Below, one piece after another: positions 23,576-37,346 of a stretch of 64,000 nt of DNA. The stretch's first letter is position 1; every line of letters starts with the position of its first letter. The notes below the pieces were generated by a model. It saw only the letters and a program-made list of their open reading frames with translations, ran no database searches and was not told where the DNA came from. Source of the stretch: Piromyces finnis finn (Eukaryota; Fungi; Neocallimastigomycota); contig MCFH01000015.1 in assembly GCA_002104945.1 (NCBI GenBank), forward strand, positions 620,001 through 684,000. Direction: 5' to 3'. Both the position numbers and the translations under genes were made by a program.

Positions 23576-26505
23576 TTAGTCTTGAATTTCTTTTGCAAAA
23601 TTGTAAATTCTGGAAGCACTTCTTTCTAATTCTTCCATCTTTAAATTCTTCTTCTTTATTGCGTTTAAAATGTCATTATAATCATCCTTTGAACCTGGCA
23701 TATAAATATCACCAGAAGCTTTAATTACTTTATATGGTGTTGGACCAGAATATCTACTTTTGTTACCTAAAGTAGACATACCAACAATCCAATCGGTCAC
23801 TACAATACCATCAAAATCAAATTCATTTCTTAAAATGTCAATAATTAATTCTTCACTTTCATTGGTGTGAACACCATTAATTAAATTGTAGGAGGTCATG
23901 ACCGCCTTTGGATTTGATTCTTTGATACAAATTTCGAATCCTTTCAAGTATATTTCTCTGAGGGCTCTTTCTGAAATATTACTGCTACTGGTATAACGAT
24001 TATATTCTTGGTTATTAGCAGCAAAATGTTTTATGGAAACAAAAGCATTTTTGTGTTTTTGAACTCCCTTGGTAATAGAAGCGGCAAAGTAACCACTAAT
24101 TAATGGATCTTCAGAGAAATATTCATAATTTCTACCACATAAAATACTTCTATGGATATTTAAGGCTGGTGCAAGCCATAAATTAATATTGAATATTTCC
24201 ATTTCAGTACCGACAATATCACCACAAATTTCAGCAAATTCTCTATTCCAACTTTGAGCAATAGCTGTACCAATTGGAATGGCAGTTGTGTATTGGTGTA
24301 ATATAACAGCATCCTTTGGTACTTTTGGTGTCATTAAATCAAGAATCCATTTAATATAACTTGGAAGGGTATCTAACATTGATGAAGGAATACTTCCCTC
24401 CGTGGAGTGGTAACCATCTTTATCTTCATAATAATCCTTGGCAATTCTTATTCCAGCAGGACCATCAGACATAATTATTGGCTTTAAATTAGCAACTTTT
24501 GCTGTTTCACCAGCAGCACCTGCAACAGATGAAGCGGCACTACCAACAACACTTGCAATACCTCCATCTGGATTGAAGGCACCAACCACTAATTTTGCTT
24601 TATCTTCTTTGGATAAATTTTTAACTTGTTCATTAATTTCAAATACTTTATCGTAGTTTTCAGTTTCACTCTTAATGCTATTAACGTTAAGTATGTACTT
24701 TTGAACATTCATTAAATCATCTTTTTTCATTGATTTAAAGCTAGCATCGGTAAAACCTGGATTTCCCATTTTATTTTGGAGTTGTTTCACCATAACTCTT
24801 GATGGAACAGTAATGACAGCACATGGTTTAGTGTTTCTACTAGAATTACCAACACGAACAATGTACTCTCCTTCATCTAAAATGTAGGAAGCACTTTCAG
24901 TATCGTAACTAGCAAATTCAGATAGTTTAAAACTTAATGAAAGAATTTGGCTTTCATTTGGCATTAGTTCCTTTGATTTAGCAAAGTTGACTAAAATTTG
25001 GTAAGGCTCATCTAAATTTGTATTTGGCTTGGATAAGTAAAGTTGAAGGACTTCTTTTCCATTAAATTTACCAGTATTTGAAACAAAAGTATTGATGGTA
25101 AATTCATCCCCATTTAAATAGGAAGACTCGATATTGAAGTTGAAATCAGTGTAAGATAAACCAAAACCAAATGGGAACATAACATCTACGTCTAAAGTAT
25201 CAAAGTAACGATATCCAACAAAAATACCTTCTTTATAATTGGTATCGGAGACTTCTCCAAAATCTCCAATAGTTGGGTAATCTTCTTGTTTACTCCAAGT
25301 TGTTGTTAATTTACCGGATGGATATTTTTTACCTGAAATAATATCTACTAAAGCTTTTGAGGTACTGACACCGAGTTGAGAAAGAATCAAAATATTTTCA
25401 ACTTCTTCAAGACCAGATAAATCAACAGGTCCACCAGTATTTAAAACAAGCATAAATTTTTTGTAACCTCTAGCCATGGTTAAAATATTCTTTTTTTCAG
25501 TATCGGTTAATAAAACATCACCCTTTACAAATTTTCTATCTGTTCCTTCACCAGAAATTCTGGATAAAACGTAAATGGCAATGTCACCAGTTTCTGGGAA
25601 TTTAATGGTATATTCAGGTTCACTCATAATGACACCCAAATTACCCATAATACTAGTAATTGGATGGAATATAGCATCAAATTGTAACTTTTTATTAAAT
25701 TCTTCACGAGCCTTGGCATATACTCTGTCGTATTCGTCTAAAAAGTCTTTTGATAAAATTTCAAAACCTTCTTTAATGAAAGCTTCTTCAATCGTGTCAA
25801 AGGAACGTGAATTTACTTCACCAGAACCTGTACCACCTTTAACTGTATTTCTTATACCATTACCATACAAGTATACTTGTTTGTCATTTTCATTAAGAGG
25901 AAAATCCCCATTTTTTCTTAATAATACAGTACATTCTGATAAATAATTTTCTAAAATATTACGATGTTTTATTTCATAATCATTCCATTCTTCGTTATTC
26001 CTCGTATTGTTATCTAAGTTGATTATATATTATTATATATTGTTATATATCATCATAAAATAAAGTGATATTAATAAAATTATTATTAATTAGTCATCTT
26101 AAAGTTGATTGGACGGCAAGCTAATTTTTACTATAATTTCTTTTTTAAAATTTAATTATATGAAAAGCTAAAAAAAACCGTTTTTTTTTTTTTTTTTTTT
26201 TATAGGGAATAGTATGATAGTAAAACAAATGTTACATTTTAAATAAACTTTTTAACTATTTTTTTTTCTATGAAAAATGAAAATAATAAATATTCCATAT
26301 CCTATTTATTTTCTCTCTCTTTTTTTTATCGATAGTCTTTTTTAATATTAACAATATTACTTTATATTTTTTTTATTTATATATAAATAATTTTTTTTTT
26401 TCCTATTCAATTTCTATTTTATAAGAAATAGTTACCATTAACTGGAATGGATGATACAAAGAATAGATTAAAAACAGCTAAAGCAATAAAATTAATTATT
26501 TTCAT
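23576..26505 (-). CDS. GH3 beta-glucosidase, domain-permuted bacterial type, with spliced signal-peptide exon (about 835 aa)
   Basis: Exon 1 26505-26436 encodes MKIINFIALAVFNLFFVSSIPVN (GT donor). Exon 2 26013-23576 follows a TAG acceptor, and the frame is kept (2508 nt). Motifs VLLRKNGDFPL, GGTGSGEV, SRISGEGTDR, GYRYFD and FPFGFGLSYT come first; SDGPAG, RNYEYFSEDP, KHFAANNQE, MTSYN and nucleophile VVTDW come last. Confidence 0.93.
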
Positions 26506-28143
26506 ATTTCGATAGTTGATATTGTAATATTCTGTTGATTTTTGAAGTTTTTCTTTTTTTTATTTTTTTTTTATTTTAAAACCAAAATAAATTTAATGGT
26601 TTTTTTCCAATATATTGAAGAGAATGAACTTCTTTTAGTATTTCCTTTTTAATTTTATCTTATTGTTGTTGCTATAGTTGACTCTCTTACTGTATTATTA
26701 TTATTATAATTTTTTTTTATTTTTCTTTAATAAAAAAAAAAAAAGAAAAAAGTATTATTTATATAATATTTATAATAATTAATAATAACATTTATAGCTT
26801 AATATTTTCATATAATAATTTATTATGATACTCATCCTATTTATATTATTATTTTTATATTATATTATTATAAATATTATTCATTGATCATTTATATTAA
26901 ATATTAATTAATAAACTTTTAAGTATTTTTATTTGTATATTAAAAAAATCGGATGATAAAAATTATCTAATCCTTACAACTGAAATATTACTAATAGGAA
27001 AAAAAGTAATAAAATAAAATAATAAAAAAAACATTATTATTTCAATAAACACAAAAATATTATTATTCAAACCATTCTAAAACTATTATAAAGCTATTAT
27101 AAAAGCTATTAAAACAGTTCATACTTTATTTCCTATCGGACTATTATTAAAAGAAAATTGTTTTTTTTTTAATTAAATTTCATTTATTTTCCCAATTTTT
27201 TATTTCTATTATTTAATATAAAATAATATATTTAAAGTGCAATGTAATATATAATGAATCATATATTAATTTAATTTTTGTATTTTTTTTAATCATTTAT
27301 TATTTATTAAATCAAAACTTTAATTATTATTAAAAAATTAAAATATTTAAATTAACATTTTATTTAATATTTAAAATATTTTTTAATTCCCAGCAGCAGT
27401 AGTCAGTCATCGTCATTAGTTTTTTGACTCTTTATTACTCCTTAACCATCAAAATAAAACAATAGTTAGCCTAGCTGTGAAAGGTGTAACTCTATTAGGG
27501 ATATTAAGGATGGTCATGACATTTACTTTATTAATAAAAATATAAAGAGTCATCTATAATTAAGTAAACATTACTAATTAATTTTTATATTCATCAATTG
27601 ACAGTAAAGCAAAGTAATTCATTAAATAATAATATGAACTGTTTATACAATATTTTTATAATACTAATTATACTATTTATTTATTAGTTGCTTACAATTT
27701 ATTCTATTGTAGTCATCAATAATGTTACTTGTTTTACATTATTATTGATTATTATGTGTATTTATATTTATTCTTATAAAAAAAAAAAAAAAAGAAATTA
27801 TTGTTAATTATTTTACATTCTAATTCCTTCAATTATTATTTATAAAATGATAAAGAAACCAAGCCAATATTAAACAATAAAAGTCAATACATATTTGTTT
27901 TATTAGAAACCATATTATTCCATAATCATATTCACATACTTTTAATCAACTAAAAAACATCGAATTTTTCCTTTATAATAGAGTAAAATTTTCTTTTTTT
28001 TTTTTTATTTTTTTCTTTTTTTACTAATGAATAATAAATTATTAATGATAACTTTTTATAAATCAAAATGTATAATGCTTTTATTCTTTTTACAATTTCA
28101 TTTCATTAAATAACAGGTTTTACACCATTTTAATAGGAAACTC

Positions 28144-28176
<33 letters not shown>

Positions 28177-28937
28177 ATTAATTATATATATAGTTATTAA
28201 TTAATGAGGAATGTATATGTAAAAATAATTTAACATTTTAGAAAATGAACTTTTGACAAAAAGCAAAAATTTTGATAAATGTCTTATTAAGAGAGAGAGA
28301 TTAATTTTAATAGATGTATTATTTATATGATAAAACAAATATAACGTTAATAATATTTATTGTTATTTCTTAAAGTTTGAGGTTCTTACTGTAAAAGATT
28401 TAAAAGAAAAATTCATATAACAGGAATGCTATGAATTTCATTTCTTTATTTCTAAGGATTAATAGAAATTCATTATTGATAAGATAAAATTTCAATAATA
28501 ATTAATACTTAATTTCAAATATCCATCCAATTTATAAAGATATTGTTTTATTATTGACTATTTTATATCAATATTCAAGCAATTAAAACAATAAAGAAAA
28601 CATAGAATATAATTATTATAATCTCTAAAAATGGGTTCTATTGCCAATCCATTAAGTAATTCAATAAATTAATTTTTAATGATTAAAAATATATTCAATT
28701 AAACTGCTCTAATTGTTCCTTCATTTTCTATTCCAATTTAATAAATAATAAATAGTTTTAAAGACCACATTCAACTTTATTTTTAACTATCCATTTCTTG
28801 AAAAATATAAAATTTAAGCATCTTTTTTGATTTTAAATTACTTCATTCTAATATCTTTTTTTTTAAAAATAAAACAAAAAACCATATTTTCAAAGTAAAG
28901 ATATTTTATTTAAAATAAAAAAAAAAAATTTTTTTAG

Positions 28938-29700
28938 GTGGTGGTAGACATTTTTGTGTTACCAAATATTAATGAATTTTTAATTAAATTTAATAAAACA
29001 TAAAACTTTGAATCAATACAAATTATTATATATTTCTTTATATTTTAATAAATGTACAATACCCTATCTCAATATAAATAATTTTAATGGTCTTAGTATA
29101 GGATAAATATATAATGTATTAATAAAAATGTTAAATTTACATATAGTTCAATATAAATATATCTAATAATAATACTCTCTAAATAAATTATTAAAGTAAC
29201 AAATACAAAAGTATTATTATTAAACTGTCGAAAAAAGGAATAATAATCATTATTACTATATCATAGTATTAAACGAATTAGTTATCAATGTATAACCTTT
29301 TTCATTTAATTTTTAGTAATAATTTATAATTACATTAATTAATGTAGTCAAAAGACGATCACTATATATGTAAAATACTGCGCCATACTAAATAATAAAT
29401 TTATGTAACAAAAAAATAAAAAATTAATTTAAATATCTTATATAAAAGTTTTGGTGAAACGTTATTTTAATGAAATTACTGTTACACTAAAATTTTATTA
29501 ATTAATAATTTTATTAATTAAAAATCTTAACCAATGAATACAAAATAGATAATAATATAAAAGAAAGAAAAAAGAACTACCTTTTTTTAAACAAAAAAAA
29601 TTAAAAAAGAAATAAAAAACTTTGTATTAAAAAAAATGAAGTTCTTTGCTAAAGCTTTATTACTTGTAGCTTCCATTGCTGAAATTAACGCACAAATTAC
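28938..29700 (+). repeat. Copy A of a local segmental duplication (upstream region and start of the GPI-protein gene)
   Basis: 28938-~29080 matches 35006-~35147 with 3 mismatches in about 140 bp; weaker similarity continues to the start codon region. Confidence 0.9.
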
Positions 29701-30409
29701 TGCTAATAGTGTTTCAGAAAAATGTTCTGCTGCTATTGATAAATTTAACAATAGTAGTGCAGGTAAAAGTCTTGCCAAGTGTTCAACTTTGAGTCAAGCT
29801 AATGATGTAATAGGTTTTTGTGCTGATTCTAATTGTGTAAATATAAGTATTTCAAGTGAAATCAAGTCTGCATGTTCTGATGATCCATTAGATAAATTAG
29901 TAATAAATAATGCAGAAAGACTTTTGACAGAGTTTAGAGAAATTATCAAGGAAGTATGCAAAGATCCTTCAAAAATCCAACAAGAAGTCAATAAAGAACA
30001 AAAAGAAAAACAAGAAAATAAGCAAGAAAACAAACAAGAAAACAAACAAGAAACTAAGCAAGAAACTAAACAAGAAAGCAAACCAACTAATACTCAATCT
30101 TCAACTAGCAACAATTCTTCTAACAACACTTCTTCTTCCACAACTAACAATGTTTCCACTAATACTGATGCTTCCATTAATACTTATGCTTCCACTAGTA
30201 CTGATGCTTCCACTAATACTGTTGTTTCTAACAATGGTGCTGTCACAGACAATGGTAACAACGTTAGTCTTAACAATGTTATTCCAGGAAACAGTACCGT
30301 TGCTGGCCCAAACAACACTAACAACGCTGATACTACATCTGCTAGTTCAAAGTTAACCTATTCTTTAGTTACTGCTTTTGCTTTAGTTGCCTTCAACTTT
30401 TTATTATAA
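29636..30409 (+). CDS. Secreted, probably GPI-anchored cell-surface protein (Cys-containing N-domain, QE(N/T)K repeats, S/T/N-rich stalk), 257 aa
   Basis: Signal-like MKFFAKALLLVASIAEINA, six Cys in the N-domain, a low-complexity stalk, and a C-terminal small-residue site plus hydrophobic tail (TSASSKLTYSLVTAFALVAFNFLL). Confidence 0.8.
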   Translation: MKFFAKALLLVASIAEINAQITANSVSEKCSAAIDKFNNSSAGKSLAKCSTLSQANDVIGFCADSNCVNISISSEIKSACSDDPLDKLVINNAERLLTEFREIIKEVCKDPSKIQQEVNKEQKEKQENKQENKQENKQETKQETKQESKPTNTQSSTSNNSSNNTSSSTTNNVSTNTDASINTYASTSTDASTNTVVSNNGAVTDNGNNVSLNNVIPGNSTVAGPNNTNNADTTSASSKLTYSLVTAFALVAFNFLL

Positions 30410-31839
30410 GTAAACTTTGTATCATAAAAGATATTCAATAATAAACAAATAAGAAAAGTTATAATAAACAAATAAGAAAAGTTATAATCTTTTATTATTA
30501 CTATTATACATATCATAGATGAAATAAAATAAATAAAAATAAAAAAAAATCAAATAAAACAACAACAACAATAAAAAATATAATAATGAAAAAATAAAAA
30601 TGTTTAAAAAAATATAAATAAAAAAAATAAAATAAATAAAAATTTTTTTTTAAAAAAAAAAGATATTTTTCATTAAAAAGCATATTAGTTTTAATTTTTG
30701 TTGTCAATATTTTTTTATTTTAAACTCTTTATAAAAAAAAAAAAAAGAATATTAATGGTATTAGTGTAATGAAATACATTTGAATAGTCCTATCCTTAAT
30801 AATGATAATATTAATAATAGAAATAACAGTAATATTAATAGTTTTTAAAAGAGTAAAGATAACTTTTTTTTTTTTTTTTAAATTTGAATTACTATTCTGA
30901 CTTAAATGGTAGGTTTGAATAATCTTGTGAATATTAATGTGTATAATTATTCAACTTTGCATGTGTAAATAAATAAATAAAAAAAAAACCTTTCTCAGTT
31001 ATTATTACTGTAGTTCCTCTACCTCAACCATTAAGAATCTGTCCTCTATCACTACTATTACTATAGTTTTCACCAAAAATTAATATTACTACTACTACTA
31101 TTACTACTACTACTACTATTATTATTTTACTAGATCTAGAAAAGACACTCCACTTTTTGGAGGTATGAAAATTTAAATGATTGGTTGTTATTCTTGTATA
31201 GTGCATACATACACTAGCTTTCAAATGTCAACAAATAAATTTAAAGATCTTCTAATAAATTTTATATATCAAAATTTAAAGAATTTTATATAATTATATT
31301 TTTTTTTTTTTATATTGTAGTTTACACATCAAATAATAATATATTGATTTTTATTTGCATATATAATAATAATATATTTTTATATTTTATTTAATAAAAC
31401 GATTAAAAATAAATAATAATAAAGAATAATAATATAATAATAATTATTATTATTGCTATTTTCTTATAAGGTGATATAATGTAATAATAATTAAATTATA
31501 GATTAATAATATATACAATAGAAACACTCTGTGAATATGTCATTTTAAAATGATTTACAAATAAATTTTGAAACTTTGTACGAAAAAGGAAAAGAAAGAA
31601 TAAACATTTCTTTTATAGACATAAAATTGATTAGTTAATTTTTTTTTTTTATAGTAAAATAGAACTATAAATTTTAAAGACAGAATAAAAATTTTTTAAT
31701 TATTATATTGTATAAATTACACAAACTAAATTATATAATAATAGAAAAATTAATGACCAATACATACTATATAATAAATCATTTTTTCTTTTTCTTTTAC
31801 ATATACATCTTTTTTTTTATAATAAAATCAATCCCAATA

Positions 31840-32736
31840 ATGGAGGTAAATGATTTCGATTTAAAAAATACAGTTTATAATATTCTATTATTCTTTATAA
31901 AGGGATATTATAGTAGTTGTGATAGTCATTATTGTTGGTATTGTATTTATAATAATTGTATAAAAAATAAAAAAGGAAAAGATAAATATAAATATGTTGA
32001 GGATTTAAAAAAAATTTATACTTGCTTTGAGCAATTACAAGAATTTTTAGATCAAAAAATAAATAGTCGATGTAATGAGCAAAGATATATAAAAAAATTT
32101 TTTTACCCAGAAAGTACAAAAAAATATTTGGAATCTAAGTATATGCTTCAAGGTTTACAAGATCATGAGAAGTTATTAATTGTGTCTATGAAAGGCTTCT
32201 CTTCAAAATGTCAGAAAATTTCTCAATTAAATCAAGAAAAAATAAGGAGTGCTGAACCAACTATTTACAAAATAACGGAGTTTGAGAATTGCTTTTTTAA
32301 AAATTATTCTGTCAAAAATTTTGAATGGAATTTCAATTCAAATAATAAAGGAAAGGAACCTGAGAAGGAAAAAAAGAATAAAAAGGAAAATGTATTATAT
32401 TATTTCATCATCTTCTCTGAAAAAACAAAAAAAATAAAAATTTCTGATATATTTAAGTTTGTTACTGATAAAGAATTATATAAAAGAGATGAATCAGTTA
32501 TTAGATATAATTACCTAGATTTTATTTTGGGAAAAGAAAATGATTTAAAATATTATATGGATGCACTTCTTGAAAAAAACAATAAAAAGAACAAAAATCC
32601 AAAATATAGAGAAAATTTTCAATTTGATATAAATTTTTATGAATTAGACATAACCAAAGATAAACAAAAGAATTTAAATTCTAGTATTCAAAATCAAAAC
32701 AATGATGATTCATCATGTTCTTACAACCCTAACTGA
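31840..32736 (+). CDS. Hypothetical Lys/Asn/Tyr-rich protein (about 298 aa) with an N-terminal Cys/His cluster
   Basis: Long stop-free frame in very AT-rich DNA. The likely start is the ATG at 31840 (MEVNDFDLK...); the upstream extension in the ORF track is low-complexity. No family recognised. Confidence 0.55.
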   Translation: MEVNDFDLKNTVYNILLFFIKGYYSSCDSHYCWYCIYNNCIKNKKGKDKYKYVEDLKKIYTCFEQLQEFLDQKINSRCNEQRYIKKFFYPESTKKYLESKYMLQGLQDHEKLLIVSMKGFSSKCQKISQLNQEKIRSAEPTIYKITEFENCFFKNYSVKNFEWNFNSNNKGKEPEKEKKNKKENVLYYFIIFSEKTKKIKISDIFKFVTDKELYKRDESVIRYNYLDFILGKENDLKYYMDALLEKNNKKNKNPKYRENFQFDINFYELDITKDKQKNLNSSIQNQNNDDSSCSYNPN

Positions 32737-32959
32737 AACTAGAAAACATTTCTTCATAAAAAATAATAGGCTAATTATTTTATGAAATTCTTTTATTTTC
32801 AATATTTTTAAATGATTTTTTTGGATATTTATATATTATTAAATAGTATTTAAATAAGATATTGAATAGCAATATTTTATTGTATTAGTATAAATATCAT
32901 AATTTATTATTTTTTTTATTAATATGCTTTTATTGTTATTATTAAATATTATTAAATAT

Positions 32960-33063
<104 letters not shown>

Positions 33064-33424
33064 ATGTATTTATTATTTATTAAAAGAAATAATAAACTTT
33101 TTTTTTAAAAAAAAGGAAAAAGAAAAAAATATATAGTATAAAATTATTATAATTTATATATATATATATAAATTATATTTTTGTTTTTTTCAAAAACAAT
33201 TTCTAATCAAATTAGTTATTAATAAGATAGTAATAAGAAAAAGTGTTTACCCATTTGTTCATTAAAATTTCATTTTATTACGTTTGTGAAAGAAAATAAT
33301 ACTATTTTTATCTTTATATAAATAAATAGAGTATAAAAAGTTTTTCAGAATGTAATCATTCACTTAATAATAATTGAAGGGCTGTTCCTCACTTTGAAAC
33401 TTTTCAATTTTCAATTTTATTTTA

Positions 33425-33500
33425 TTTTTAATATAAAATAAAGTTTTAAATATGTAAAGAAAATTTATCCATTTTTACAAAATATTTGAGACATTTAAAA
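33425..33500 (+). repeat. Short dispersed repeat fragment, second copy at ~40688-40750
   Basis: Both sites share TTTTAATATAAAATAAAGTTTTAAA...ATTTATCCATTTTTA...ATATT(T/C)GAGACATTT. Confidence 0.55.
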
Positions 33501-35005
33501 TATAAAATTATTTACAATTAATTAAATCAAAACTTTAATTATTATTATAAATTATTTATCATGATTAAAAATTTAAAGAAAGAGAAATGCTTTTTATAAA
33601 GAGAAATTAATGGTTTAACGAAAGACAAAAAATTTCGATTAATGACTTGCTAAGAAAGAGATTACTTTTAATATGTTTTTTTTATGAAAAAAATAAATAT
33701 AGTATTAATAAAAATACTTAATATTTATGATGATATAAATCACAAACTTAAAAAAATAAAAAAGCTTTTTTCAAAGAGGAATTCATGTAGTGAGAATGAA
33801 ATAAATACTATTTCTTTTGTTATGTATAAAATAAAATTTCAATAATAATTAACATCTAGTTTTTTATCTAATTTATAAAAATATTATTTAAAATATTATT
33901 TTATTAAAAAGTATTTTAAGTTTATATACTATTAATAACAAAAAGTAATTATAATTATTAATAAAAATTTCTAAAAATGAATCCAATTGGCATGGTCCAG
34001 TTTTTTTTGCTTCATTATCCATTAAGTAAATTAACATATTAATTTTAATGGAACTTATGAAAGAATATGTATCATCGCATTGAGTAATTGAAACCTCTTG
34101 ATTCAAAGCACAGCATATTGATCCATAGATGCAATTATTATATATATCCATTAAATCCTTGTTCCAAAGGTACTACAATTATATACGATTATCTAATGAA
34201 TAGGTATTAATATTATATGCTTATAAATTTTCTTTTATAGTACGGAATATTTATATAGTATCATTTACATAAATGTTAGCGTCATTTGAATAAAATCAAA
34301 AAATCGTCTTTTACAAAAATAATTAATATTAAATTTATCAATAAAATTTAAATACTTATTGTTTTAATACTTTAAAAAAGTATTTTCTAATTTAAATAAA
34401 ATATATTTTTGGGTTTAATACACCATTATTTAGTTTTTTTGTTTATAATAATACATTAAATGATAATTAATATTCAATAATTTTTTTTTAGACATTTCAT
34501 ATATCCTCAACTTACCCCCTGAGATATATATGGTGAGTGATTGTACATTATTTTACATGTTATATCAGTACAACTGGCACGGCTAATAAGGAAAGGCTTA
34601 CTGTTCTTAATGGTCCCATTTTACATGACCGAGCTACCAACCCTAGTGATTTCCTTGAACCTTTATAGAGAGAGATGATTAACGATAAGAGCATCCTTCA
34701 AAGACCATAGTTAGTAGTCATGCAGATTTATAATACTCCTTCCTAATTATACTCTAAACTTCAGAGGAAAAACCAAATACTACGAAGAAAAAACTGCCAT
34801 TCTGAATTATTGCTTAGGGTAGAATTCGATGGTATGATTATATTTATTTGAATTGACCTTTAATCCCTATTTTTTAACGCAAATTCCGAGACAGGGAAAA
34901 CCGCTAAAGAACTGCCAATAGCGGGAATCTTAACAACCAGAATTTCAATAATTATTTAAAGATAACAAAATATAAAAAAATTTTTTATATTTTGTATTTA
35001 AATGA

Positions 35006-35995
<990 letters not shown>

Positions 35996-36029
35996 AAGTG
36001 AAGAAGAGGTATTAGAAATTACTGATGAA

Positions 36030-36539
36030 ATGGAAATTAATTATTATTGTAAAGATAATATATGTAGTTTTTCGAATGATAATATTTATGTTAGTCATAC
36101 TGATGGCCATGGAAATATAAAAGAGTACATTCATGATACTTTCAGTTCTCACCAAAAGATTACCCAATCGAAATCAAAATGTACTAAAGATTCACAATGT
36201 TTAACCAATAAATGTATTGATAATTATTGTAGATTTAATGATGAAGTAATAATAATACATTGTGGAGAAATAGCTTCATTTAATGCTTTCAAAAATAAAT
36301 ACAATACATATACACATACGCATTGTGGTAAATTATATGGAGATACCTGTAATAATGATGATGAATGTTCTTCCAAGAGTTGTACCAACGGAACGTGTAA
36401 CAGATTAACAAATAATTATAGTGATAATGCATTTTCATCTTATGCTGTACTTTTTATTTTAAATTTCTATTTTTACCTTTGTATTATTTCATGTTGTTGT
36501 ATATGTATAATAAAAATAAGTAAAAATATAAAACAATAA
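36030..36539 (+). CDS. Cys-rich protein with C-terminal hydrophobic (TM-like) segment, possibly 5'-truncated, 169 aa
   Basis: Two C-x4/5-C-x4-C-x4-C clusters (CTKDSQCLTNKCIDNYC; CNNDDECSSKSCTNGTC) and a C-terminal hydrophobic Cys-rich stretch. No signal peptide. Confidence 0.6.
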   Translation: MEINYYCKDNICSFSNDNIYVSHTDGHGNIKEYIHDTFSSHQKITQSKSKCTKDSQCLTNKCIDNYCRFNDEVIIIHCGEIASFNAFKNKYNTYTHTHCGKLYGDTCNNDDECSSKSCTNGTCNRLTNNYSDNAFSSYAVLFILNFYFYLCIISCCCICIIKISKNIKQ

Positions 36540-37346
36540 TAAAATAAAAAAAATGAAAAGAATTAAACTATAGTATACAAATTAAATATATATATATATA
36601 TATAAATAATAAAAATATTAAAATTTAAATAAAATTAATCAATATTAAAACAATTTTATTATTATTATCTCAATGATATATATATTATTAATAAACAAAA
36701 AATAAAGCTTTTATATATATTTGTATCTTTATAACTAAATTATTATATATCAATGTATGCTTGCATAGAATAATAATTATTATAATACTCTATATTTTAT
36801 AATTTTAATATTAAATATGTTTTTATAGGGAAAAAAAAAACATTATTAATTCTGATGCTATAAAATATTATCCTATTTTATCTTTTTAAATATTTTAACT
36901 TTTTCTTTATTACTATAAATGTATTTATTAAAGAAATAACAGACTTTTTTTTGTATTTTAAAAAATAAAATATGGTATAAAATTATTTTATTGATGCGTT
37001 TTGTTTATTATAATTTCCAAAGTTATTAATAAAATGGTAGTAATAATAATAAGAAATAAAAAAAAAAAAAAAGGTATGAGGATTATATATTTATTTTTTT
37101 TTTTTATTAATGACAATATTATAAGGTATGAGGATTATATATTTATTTTTTTTTTTTTTATTAATGACAATATTATATCTATAAATAAAAGGTTGATTAA
37201 TTTTTTATTAAAAAAAATTAAAAAATAATCTTTATTTACTATCATAATAGTAAAATAAAAATAAAATAAAAATTATTTAATCTCAAAAAGAATAGTTTAT
37301 TCGGTTGATTGTTAAATAGTTAAAAACTTTTTTTTTTTTGTAAAAT

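Noticed and set aside
31708-31839. N-terminal 44 codons of the 342-aa ORF
   Set aside because: TTG start and poly-F/I low-complexity sequence; the ATG at 31840 is the more plausible start.
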